A stretch of 34,067 nt of DNA, from assembly GCA_003990765.1 (NCBI GenBank), contig RBNJ01000286.1, positions 1-34,067 of the forward strand, in the 5' to 3' direction. The position numbers and the translations under genes are program-made. Below, one piece after another: positions 9,832-20,300 of this stretch. The notes under the pieces were generated by a model, which was not told the origin of the DNA, made no database searches, and worked only from the letters and a program-made list of their open reading frames with translations. Position 1 is the stretch's first letter. The number at the start of each line of letters is the position of its first letter. Source of the stretch: Jimgerdemannia flammicorona (Eukaryota).

Positions 9832-10059
9832 CTAATTTATTCGAAACACATGAAAATATCGCCAGATTTAGTCCAGATCTACAGAGAGGGCACATGATAC
9901 GATGTGGATGCGCTTGCATTTTTGTGAATGAGACCCATTTTGGCAAGCAAAATAATGAATATCGGAAATTGACAGAGTTCATAATTACCTGCATATCCCT
10001 TTTATTATCAGTCTTACTGGTTGCTGCATCTTTCGAATGAACCAGAACTGTCGATGCTA

Positions 10060-10355
10060 TATTGACAGGCCGCAGTATCTCCGAACCGGTCAACGTAATG
10101 GGGACACTATGTTGACTCTCAGAACATGGGAATACTATGTTGACTGGCCACAGCATCTAGGAGCTGCCAACATCTAGGAGCCGCCAATACCTAGGAACCG
10201 TCAACATCTAGGAGCCGCAAACATCTCGGAACCGTCAACATAATGGGACACTATATTTACCAGCCGCAGCATCTCGGAACCGTCAACGTAATGGGGACCG
10301 GCTGCAGCATCTCGGAGCCATCAACATCTCGGAACCGTCAACGTAATGGAGACAC
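10060..10355. repeat. Compound minisatellite built on a ~17-bp unit
   Basis: Repeated CATCT(A/C)GGA(G/A)CCG(T/C)CAA units interspersed with CGTAATGGGACAC units. Confidence 0.85.
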
Positions 10356-10568
10356 GTAGCCATGTTACACCCGCGGTAGTGTACGCTACGCGGCGGGATA
10401 CTCTACGTTGCCAAGACCAGTCGCGACCCACATTACATTGACCAACCGCAGCTCGGGAATGAGGGTTGGTCGTGAAATATGGTGACTTATATGCTGCGGA
10501 ACCAATTTCTGACTCGGTCATGCGGCAAAAACAGAAACTCTATGCCAAAGTGAGACGAGCCTAATCAC

Positions 10569-10578
10569 TATATAAATA
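10569..10578 (+). promoter_or_regulatory. TATA box of the island gene
   Basis: TATATAAATA starting 37 nt upstream of an ATG in CCACAATGG context. Confidence 0.6.
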
Positions 10579-10605
10579 TTCAAATTTCTCGGTCACATTT
10601 CCACA

Positions 10606-11516
10606 ATGGGCGGTGAAGGTCCTTGGTTCGAATTCCTTTCGCATTTTCGAGTTCGCGGCACCTCAACCACAATTTTAAGCGACGACGTCTACCAACGCGC
10701 AGTCCCTTTCCTCATCAAATGCAAGGACGAGCTCATCTCCGAGCACGGTTTCACGACCACCATTGATACCACCAAGCTCAGTGCCGACGTAAGCTCCCTA
10801 GTTCCACCGGAGGAGTCGCTCCTTGCCATTCAAGGCCGTGTTCTGGAGCCCATGAATATCAAATTTTACCCTTCAGACGACCCCCATCGCTATGTGACTA
10901 TACAACTTCCCAAGTCGCTTTCATCCTTCCAGGCTCACACCGCTACCTGGAATGGCCTATTCACCAGCTTTAGAGCCTGGTTCGAAAAAACGTGGCCGCG
11001 CACCCTGTACGTCAACGAACCTCAGCCTCTCCGGGACATTATCTACACGTTGCAGATCGTGACGGATGGCATGTTGACGTTGAAGCGGATTGATGATTTA
11101 GGCGATTACGAAAAGCTCACCACCCAGAATTTGCCACCTCTGGAATGGATCCGTGACCACAAGGAGTTGGTGTGCAACGTGCTGCAGTGTGAATCGACAG
11201 AAGATTTAGAAGAAGAGGCCGCAAATGTTAAGGTGGGAACATAATGTCTTTTGTTTTTTTTATTCGCCAGATTCAATATTATTATATAATTTACACTCAT
11301 GTTCGTCATTCACGGTCTTAGACCAGCCAGGTGCCAAGACCAAGATATTATTCATGGGATTATCGCGGTGGTCGCGTTGACGAGCATTTTTACGATCGTG
11401 ATGATGAGTATTTTGACAATCGTGATGATTTTTACGATCGTGATGATGAGAGCGATGATAGGAGTTTCACAGCTTGTGGTCGGGATTGTGATTATTGTGG
11501 ACATTGTGACTACTAG
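10606..11516 (+). CDS. Hypothetical host protein, ~273 aa, two exons (10606-11232, 11322-11516)
   Basis: Intact 212-codon ORF with normal CpG content. AAG|GTGGGA donor, AT-rich 89-nt intron with CTCAT branch-like site, and TTAG| acceptor join it in phase 0 to an acidic, Cys-ended exon (alternative in-frame acceptor at 11330). AATAAA at 11624. Confidence 0.8.
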
Positions 11517-12067
11517 AATTTCATGAATCCGTGTGGCCTTGAACAAGTAGTCATAATCACATCGTATACTTCCCAATATTAATTACACCGGAGAAAGAAA
11601 AATATTTTCAAACAATCTCAGTCAATAAAAGTTGTATATGCGAAGTCCTTAGTTCATGGGTAACGAAGGTTGCTCGTATATATATATATATATTTTTTTA
11701 AAAAAAAAAAAAGAAAAAAAAAAAACCCCCCCGGTATAGCCTTCACAGGTCCTCCCAAAATCTAGTCACGATAGATAGGATGTAGGAGAGAGGAGAGTAG
11801 ACAAAGAACTGTGACCAAGAAGAAGACCCGGTTGGCTATCCTGTCGTGATTTCTTCATGGCAACAATATACCCATCCACTCCAAGCACGCTCTTCCGAAC
11901 TTCGAACCAAAATATAACAACCATCTTGAAGCGAGTTCAGCAAGTAGGCCTACGAGGCCTTCATCAAATTTGTGCTTCGAGGACCAGAACAACGAGCCAT
12001 ATCAAGTGGTTGCATTAGGAAACAGTCAAGGTCAGTGAATTGTGTATGGAGGAGTCATTTTTTATAT

Positions 12068-13516
12068 TGTAACGTAGCGGACGCGTAACCTGGGAAGTAT
12101 GGCGGATTTCTTTATCTTGTCTTCTTGACTCCTCAGAGTCCTTCAGGTGCAGGGGTGGGTGAGATTGAAGTGTATCTGCCTTAGTGCTCCCAAATGAATT
12201 GAATCGTTTGAATCAAATTTCAAATCGAATTGAGGTCTGATTCAATTCAAAATTTATCCCAATTTCAAAATGCAATAACTTAATGAAAACATATCCAAAT
12301 TTAATATTCTTTGTTGTGCTATATTCACCATAATAAGGCACATCTAACAAGCTAAATTCATTAAATTTAGATATGTTTTGCTCAAGTTATTGAATTTTAA
12401 AAAATTGAATTGGCTCTAAATTGATTTAAATATTTCAAATCAAATTAAATTGGGGTCAAATTCAATTCAATTCAATTTATTCCAAGCACTAATCTGTCTG
12501 CAGGCTTACTAATTATATAGCAGCTAAGTTAGGACTTTCTTTTTCTGTAAGTAATCTTTTACAACTATAATATTCTTATAATTGTGAGTTTCTTATAATG
12601 TAAGATTTTTGCAATTATAGGATTCTTATATAATAACTACTAACTATAATACTATACTATATATAATTATGTATACTATTATCTCTCTATAATACATTAA
12701 GTAGTACTAGTAATCTTGAGAGTTATAACTATACTTTATTTACTAATTATAGTATTTCTTAAGTTAGTTTTAGTAGATAGTAGTAGAGATAATTATATCT
12801 GAGAGTTTTTATAGTCAAAAGATAGTCTCTTTTATATTTTATATAAAATAATATTCTTTTCACTTAGACTTCAGTTTTAGTAATCATAAAGCTTCTACTA
12901 TATTCTGATATATCAAAACTTTATCTCTTATCTTGATAGTCTTTAAAGATTTATAAATCTTTTTTGTATTATTTTGTTATAATATCTATATCTTAATTAT
13001 ATAATCTTCAGCCTTCTTCTTATTTGATACAATCTCTATATTTTTATATCTATATATTTCTGTATTGATGATAGACTTTTTTAAAACTTTCTTCTCTGAA
13101 CAGTAATTTCTAAGAGATAAAATAGGTGCTTTATAATTATATATCTTAAAGAACAGATAATATTATTAATAGATAGCAATTCCAGTTTTCATAGTTATTA
13201 CAAATCTTAACAAAATATTCTTAAGAGTCTTATTAGTCTTTTCTATAAGTGATAAGCTATAGTTTGAATGTGCTAAATCTTATATTTCCTGTAAAGAATC
13301 TCAAAAAGCTAGTTTATAAATTCTGTTCTTCTATCTATAATTACTTACTTTAAGATCTTAAATTAACAGTTAATTTCTCTTTAAAAGAAATCAACAATTC
13401 ACTATATATTGACCTTTTTAAGAAGTCTAGCCTTTATCTATTTTATAAAGAGATTTATAATAATAATAATATATTAGTTACTAGTTAATATTATAAATAG
13501 AGGGCCAATTATATAT
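12068..13516 (-). mobile_element. Older, heavily mutated family B-like relic: LTR end, internally deleted accessory ORF, integrase 3' part
   Basis: TGTAACGTAGCGGACGCG LTR terminus at 12068; ~12700-13516 is colinear with 14440-15290 after C>T/G>A conversion. Confidence 0.82.
12182..12491. mobile_element. MITE, hAT-type (same family as 7564-7920)
   Basis: TAGTGCT...AGCACTA termini; 8-bp TSD ATCTGCCT/ATCTGTCT; shared internal sequence. Confidence 0.88.
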
Positions 13517-13992
13517 TATAATGTAGCGGATGCTTACTCTTGAAAGTACATCAGATTTCTGTATCTTGAGAACTTGACTGTTCTGACTCTCGCAGAGTCT
13601 CTTGAAGTGGCAGGGGAGGGTGGGTGAGTTCAAAGTGTGTCTGCCCGCAGGCTTACTAGTTCCTTTGCTATCTCTTTGCTTTTGAAATATTTCGATCTGA
13701 GGTTTATTCACTTGAAGATACTGGGTTATTTATACAAGTTTGCTAGCTATGAGAGAGTGGCTAAGTAATAAATGAGTCATTTGGACTTTGTTGAAACATT
13801 TGGACAATGTCTAAATGCTATACTAAATTGGGATATTCGATTTGGATAATGTCCAAAATTTAGACAATGTCTAAGAAATTAGACAATATCGAAATCGAGG
13901 ACTGCTAACTATAATGCTATACTACTTTGGGAATGGGTGCGATCAAGTGTCTATTCCTATTTCCTTCTTCCAAATCTGGCTGTACTGTCACA
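13517..13992 (-). repeat. 3' LTR of family B (~476 bp)
   Basis: On the minus strand it starts TGTGACA after PPT AGGAGGAAG, contains TATAAATA and AATAAA, and ends CCGCTACATTATA (mutated ...CGTTACA). Confidence 0.85.
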
Positions 13993-14083
13993 ACTTCCTC
14001 CTGAATGGATGGTCTCATCCCTGAGACATCTATTCAAACTCCCAGGCTTCAACGGTCTGTATGGTCTTATACTGTGCAATTTG

Positions 14084-14491
14084 CTACATGACTGTCTCCC
14101 AATGATGTCTTCTCACTTTCTCGAAGTTGGTAGGGGTTACTCCTCTCAGGTGGTCTATCGCTGCTTCATCTTCTTGGAATAACTTGTGGATCCTTTTGGC
14201 AATAGTGATCTGTGAGTGGGATAGTTGACACTCGGTAATCCAGTCCTCCTTGGTCTTTGCTGGATCCTGATTGAGCATCTGTCCAAGCTTGAAGTACTCT
14301 TGGAATTCTGCTCGATATTGATAGGCTCTAAAGTGCGAGATCCAAGAGAGATGAGTCTGCACAATACTCTGAATATCCTCATAGAATAGCTCTATAGTCG
14401 GAGGCTCGGTAGTGTGCCATTGTCTTTCGATGGCTCTTTGGGCAGCACTAGTGATCTTGAGTGCCATCGCAGTACTTTTGTTACTGGCCAT
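14084..14491 (-). CDS. Family B accessory ORF downstream of integrase (135 aa; ancestrally probably ~20 aa longer), unknown function
   Basis: Open frame whose ATG overlaps the integrase stop (ATGGCCAGTAA); motif similarity to the family A LTR ORF. Confidence 0.72.
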   Translation of the reverse strand: MASNKSTAMALKITSAAQRAIERQWHTTEPPTIELFYEDIQSIVQTHLSWISHFRAYQYRAEFQEYFKLGQMLNQDPAKTKEDWITECQLSHSQITIAKRIHKLFQEDEAAIDHLRGVTPTNFEKVRRHHWETVM

Positions 14492-15674
14492 GGTATTTCT
14501 TGAGTTGGTTTCGGTGAATGGTGGTGGGGATTATTGTGTCTGAGGGTTTTTGTAGCCAAAAGGTGGTTCCTTTTATATCTTGTACAAGGTAAGGTCCTTC
14601 CCACTTGGGCTCCAGTTTTTGTGACCATGAAGCTTCTACTATGTTCCGATATACCAGGACTTTGTCTTCTATCTTGATAATCTCTAAGGATTTGTGGGTC
14701 TTTTCCACATTCCTCCATTGTAGTGTCTGCGCCTTCGTTATGTAATCCTCAGCCTTCTTCCTGATTTGGTGTAGTCTCTGTATTTCTATGTCCATATGTT
14801 TCCATACAGCATCTCCATTGGATGATAAGGTTCCCTGAGAACATTCTTCTCCGAACAGCATTTCTCGAGGGGTAAAGTGGGTACTTTGTGATCGGATATC
14901 CCGGAGAACAGATAATGCTATTGGTAGATAGTGATCCCAGTTCTCGTAGCTATCACAGATCTTGGTGATAACATTCTTGAGGGTCTTGTTGGTCCTTTCT
15001 ACTTGTCCATTTCCTTGAGGGTGATAGGCTGTAGTCTGAATGTGCTGGATCTTATACTTCTTGTAGAGAACTTCGAAGAACTGGTTCACGAATTCAGTTC
15101 CTCTATCTGTAGTTACTTGTGTTGGGGTCTTGAACCGGTAGATGATTTTCTTGTGGAAGAAATCAGCAATTGACTGTGCATTGGCTTCCATAAGGGGTCC
15201 CGCTTCTATCTACTTCGTAAAAAGGTCTACGATGACAATGATGTATCGGTTGCCAGTTAAAGTCAAGGGTAGGGGGCCAATTACATCTATTGCAATATGG
15301 GTGAATGGTACTGGTTCTATGTGTGCTGATCCTGGGGCTTGATTTCGTTGGTCTTATTTCTGTTTCTGGCATTTGTCACAGGTCTTGATGAATTGTCTGA
15401 TATCTTCCTCCATCCCTGGCCACCATATTGTTCTTCTTGCCTTGTCATATATATTTGTTCCTCCTAGATGGCCAAGTTTATATACTGATTTCATTGCTTG
15501 CTCCTTCTTATGTTCTGGTATAACTAGTAGTTTTCCTTTCTTCAGTGTTTCTCCGTCAGTTTTGAATTGTTTCCATGTTCTGTTGATAATCGTTTATGTC
15601 CATTCTTCCAGATGTTGGGGCATCTTTCGCTGTCCCAGGTATGTGATGATTCCATAGTAGAGCTCTTTATTCAT
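14481..15674 (-). pseudogene. Family B integrase, separate ORF (398 codons, a few stops)
   Basis: MNKELYYGIITYLG start; GHLGG, CDKCQ, TDRGTEF, TAYHPQGNGQVERTNKTLK, LEPKWEGPY. Confidence 0.93.
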
Positions 15675-16004
15675 GATTGATTTGTTGGTTGGAGGTAGTT
15701 CGAGGTGTCCATGAGAGAGCATCTGCATTGGAATTTGTTCTTCCAGGGTGGTGTACAATGGTTATGTCATAGGCTTGTAACTTCATTATCCATCTGGCAT
15801 AGATTCCCTTGGGTTGTCCAGTTGTCAGTAGCCAGGTGAGAGCTGAGTGGTCCGTCTGGATGGTGAAGTGTCTTCTGGCCAGATAGTAGTGGAACTTTTC
15901 CACAGCCCAGATGACTGCAAGGTATTCCAACTTGTAGGACTCATATTCTTTTTCAGCCCCTTGGGTTCCGTGGCTAAGATATACAATGATATACTCTTTT
16001 TTGT
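15667..16004 (-). pseudogene. Family B RNase H C-terminal part
   Basis: LEYLAVIWAVEKF, TDHSAL, ARWIMKLQ, NADALS; ends ...NHE*. Confidence 0.92.
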
Positions 16005-16565
16005 CTTACTTTACTCAGGCTTACTGTAACTTATTTCATTTCAGCCTCACTCCTTACTCATGCTTACCCCTCTAGAGTCTGTAGATGTTTTTTAATTTTA
16101 ATTTAGATTTGTTTTGTTTATATTTATTTGTAATTTTTATTCTGCAACTGGGATTGATTCTCTCTTTATCTCTGCTTATGTATCTCTAGCAGTCATATGA
16201 TTCCTAATTCAGATATCTCTATATTGTGACATATCTTCCCTTTTGGGATATTGTATTTTATATATAAGGACTATACTTTTATATAGCAATAAATGGTTGA
16301 TGCATTTTTAGTTATGTTCTTTATTTGTCTCCCTTATATATACCTTTTTATATGTATGTCTTCTATCTACTTTGATCATGGCTCTGAGTTTATTTCCCTG
16401 ACTTCTGCTAGGCCTTCTTTCTCTACTGCTATTCTGCCTGTTCTTGAGACTTCTGTCTCTGCTGATGAAGTCATGGACAAGATTTTTTCTCTTTCTTCTC
16501 TCTCTGTTATTGTCCCTGCCACTGTCTTATTTAAGACTTATATCTTGTCTACTGTTCTCTATCTT

Positions 16566-17029
16566 TATAATGGTTCTAGTTTCTTTAAGAGGAAGTAGCT
16601 AAATCTGGAAGTTCTGATTGACTTAAAGTAGCTCAAAGAGATACTTAAAGGTTCAAGTATTCTTGAAGGATTTCTGAAAGAAAATATTCTGAGCTTTATT
16701 TAGGCAGAGAATAAGGATATTTATACAGGATCTGAAAAAAAGATCTGGAAGGATCTTGAAAAGAAAGAGAAATACCAAGAAATAGATTCTCAATAAAGTT
16801 GACTAATACTATTCTACAATGTTCCAAAAGGTTCCATAACTAGCTAAGACAAGATGCTTAGTACTAAGGAAAGACAAGAATGTTCTGGTGGTGTCTGGGC
16901 ACCAAAAGAAGGTTTCTAAGCAAGTAGAAGGTGATGGAATATAGTAGAATATTCAAGAAATAACAAGAAAAGACTAACTAAAAGATACAAAAATATATCA
17001 AGACTAAATATGACTGTGAAATTGTTATA
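16566..17029 (-). repeat. 3' LTR of family C
   Basis: Direct repeat of 22164-22617; adjacent to the PPT. Confidence 0.92.
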
Positions 17030-17329
17030 TCTCTCTCTCCTTAAGAACCAATGTCCTCATTGAGTTCTTAGATAATATAAGACTAGATATACTTAACTAA
17101 AATTTCTCAAACTTGAATTAGTATATTGGTGGGGATTAACCATTCTTATATAGAGTAGAGGGCCTATTATCAGACTAACTAACTGGGAGGGGTTCAAACC
17201 TAGCTAGTAGCTTCATTTCAGTAGACTTCTTGTTTATTAAATATTCTACTAGTTCTGGGGTTCCAAAGTAAACTTCTAATGCATAAGGTACTGGTCATTG
17301 CCATAGGTCATTGACAATCCAAGAAAGTT

Positions 17330-20300
17330 ACTATAGGGATTGGACAATGTATTTTGCCTTGAAGTCTTGAACTAGATCTTGAGAGTTCTTAAGATTGACC
17401 AGTGGTTTTCAGGTAGTATCATATTCAAGATAACCCATCCACTTGACTAGATATTCAGGACAGCAGTAGCAGATTCATTTGTTAAAGATTTTCTCAGCTT
17501 TATACTCAATATAGTCTTTGATAATCACAGGGGCAGAAGGCTTAGGAATTCAACCAGGGTAGGGTAGTGACTGGTTCCAGGTCTTGAAGTGTGATACATA
17601 AAAGACTGGGTATACTCTTATAGTTTCAGATAGCTTGAGATGATAGGAGAATACAGAGACTTATTCAGTAATCTCAAAAGGTCCAATATACTTGGGTTGG
17701 AATTTGTTCAAAGAGTAGTTGACTTGAGATTATATCTTGAGGTTCTCAGTAGACAGTAGGACTTAATCTCTAATAGTATAAGTGATATCATGGCATTTCT
17801 TGTCAGCATACTTGACTTGATGCTGTTGAGCCTTCTGAAGATTTACAGTAGCAATCTTGAGTAGTTTATCCATTTTGTCTGTAAGGTTCTTGGTAGTTGG
17901 AACTTGTATTTAACTGATTTTCTTGAAAAAGAATAGACTTGCAGAGGTCTCAGGATCTTGACCATAGAGTATCTGGAAAGGGGAAAGACCAGTAGATGAT
18001 TAGACAGCATTGTTGTATACAAACTCTACATAAGTCAGATAGATGTTTCAATTATCTTGCTTATAAGAAATATAGTTTCTAAGTATCTGTTCTAGAGTTT
18101 TGTTCATATACTCAGTTTGTCCATCAGTTTGTGGGTGAAAGGCAGTAGATATAGTCAATTGGGTTTCCAAAGTCTTGAAGAGGGTTTGCCAGAAGTAACT
18201 GGTGAACTTGGGATCATAATCACTGATAATTACTTATAGTAGACTATAGTAACAGAAGATGGACTTGAAGAAGATTCTTACAATCTCAGATATAGTAGTA
18301 TTGGTAGTAATTGGTTTAACAACCATAGTCTTGATCAGGCAGTTAACAAATATGACAATAGTATCAGCATCAGATTGAGTTCATGGTAGTTGAGTTACAA
18401 AGTCCATGGTGACTTGCTCAAACTTCTTTAGGAATTGGTAGTAATTATAGCAAACTGGCAGGGGCTTGGTTGGTAGACATGTTGTACTGACATAGATCAT
18501 AGCTAGCAACATAGTTTTTGATTTCCTTGACCATGTTTGGCCAATAGTAGTGGTGTTGGATGTTCTTAACAGTCTTCTCAATTCCTAGATAACTGGTGAG
18601 AGGAGAGTTATGGTGTTCTTGCAAAACCTTGTAGTATAGGTTCATGTTTTCAGGTAGATAAACTTGATCTTGATGATAGATCAGATTGTTCTCAACAATA
18701 TATGTATCCTTGAGTTTATTCAAGAAAACTCTAGTAGTAACTATGTCTTCTTTGTAAGCTTGTCTGATTTGATCTACAAATTCTAATACCAAGGTAACTT
18801 CTATGATTGTGGTGAGATCTGGGTATCTTGATAGAATATCTGGTACTATAAGTGTCTTGCCAGACTTATAGATGATTGTTGAGTTGAAGGTTTGAAGCTT
18901 GAGGCTCTACTTGGCTTATAGATATGTATGATAGAGTAGGTTGGGTATTGATAAACTTGAGGGATTGATGATCAGTAATGACATCAAACTCAATATCTTC
19001 TAGATAGCATTGCCAGTAGTTCCTTCTTGTGAGTAGCTAGCTTTTGTTCAGCTGGGGCCAGCTTGTGGGACTTGAAAGTAATAGAGTGATGTCCTTTGCT
19101 ATCATCTTGTAATAGGACTGCTCCAATGGTAAAATTCAATACATCAGTAGTAACTGTGAATTTTAGGCCTTGATCTATATTATACAGAACTGGAGCATGG
19201 GTCAGACAGTTCTTGAGTTCTTGAAAGACTTATTGATAGAAGAGATCTCAGGTGTAGGGTATATAGTGGTCTGAGTGCAGGGCCTTCCTCATGAGGTTAG
19301 TCAGTAGCTCAGTAATGTCAGAGAAGTTTCTGATAAAGTGGTAGTAATAGTCAGCTAGACCAAGAAAAGATCAGAGTTCTGTGAGGTTTGATGGAATGGG
19401 CAATTCTTCAATTGCTTCTATCTTATATGGGTCTACTTGAATTTCTTGTGCAGAGACAATGTGGCCAAAGTATTTGACTTATTCCTTGAAGAATTTACAC
19501 TTCTTGAGTTTGGCATAAAACTTGTGTTTTCACAGAATCTCCAGGACTATTCAAATGTATTTGAGGTATTCTTCTTTAGTTATACTAAAGATCAGGATGT
19601 CATCAAGATATACCAACAGAAAAATAAATAGTTAATCCTTGAATATCTTATTCATCAGAGTCTGGAATGTGGTGGGTACATTGGTGAGACCAAATACTAA
19701 GACCAGGAATTCATAGAGTCTAAAAGGGATCATGAATGCAGTCTTGGGAATGTCTTCTGGTTTGATTTGAATCTGGTGGTATCCTGACATGAGGTCTAAC
19801 TTAGTGAAGTACTTGGTATTTTTGAGAGCATCAAAGATTTGATCAATCAAGGGTAGTGAATAGTGGTTCTTGACAGTGAGTTGGTTGAGTATACATATTC
19901 ACAGGGTACTATCCTTCTTCTTAATGAATAAGACTGGTGAGCCATAAGGAGATTTGCTTGACTGGAGCTCCTCATACAAATAGTTCTTCTAGTTCCTTCT
20001 TAACTGCTTCAATTTCAAGTAGTGACATACAGTATATGTGTTTCTTAAGTGGTACAGCTCCTGGGATCAGTTCAATTTCATGATCAACTTCTTGTGCAGA
20101 TGGTAGATTAGATAGCTTATCTGGAAAGACATCCTTGAACTCTTCTAGCAGTAGCTTGATGCTTTCATTGACTAATAGTCTCTTGTCTTATTTCTTAGAG
20201 TGGATCATTACAACAAAGGCATGTATTGTCTTCTTGAGTGCTTTCTTATACTATATAGCTGATAGTGTTGCAATCTGGGTCTTGCTCATAGTCTTGTCTG

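Larger units (their letters stand above)
13517..16004 (-). mobile_element. Ty3/Gypsy family B, 3' part (RNaseH end, integrase, accessory ORF, PPT, 3' LTR)
   Basis: Protein motifs clearly related to family A; less mutated than neighbours; cut off at the Penelope-like element. Confidence 0.93.

Noticed and set aside
10060..10355. CRISPR-like array
   Set aside because: Units are adjacent and degenerate with no unique spacers; no cas genes; eukaryotic context.
11299..11576. Hydrophobic ORFs 11299-11526 (+) and 11352-11576 (-)
   Set aside because: Alternative-frame shadows of the GAT/GAC-rich second exon.
11725..12060. Second gene or ncRNA in the island
   Set aside because: No substantial ORF, splice pattern or recognisable RNA motif; left unassigned.
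16462..16485. Hammerhead ribozyme cores (CTGATGA here; CTGAAGA at 25612)
   Set aside because: No properly placed GAAA or closing stems visible, and both lie in probable coding frames; only a de-mutated consensus could settle it.
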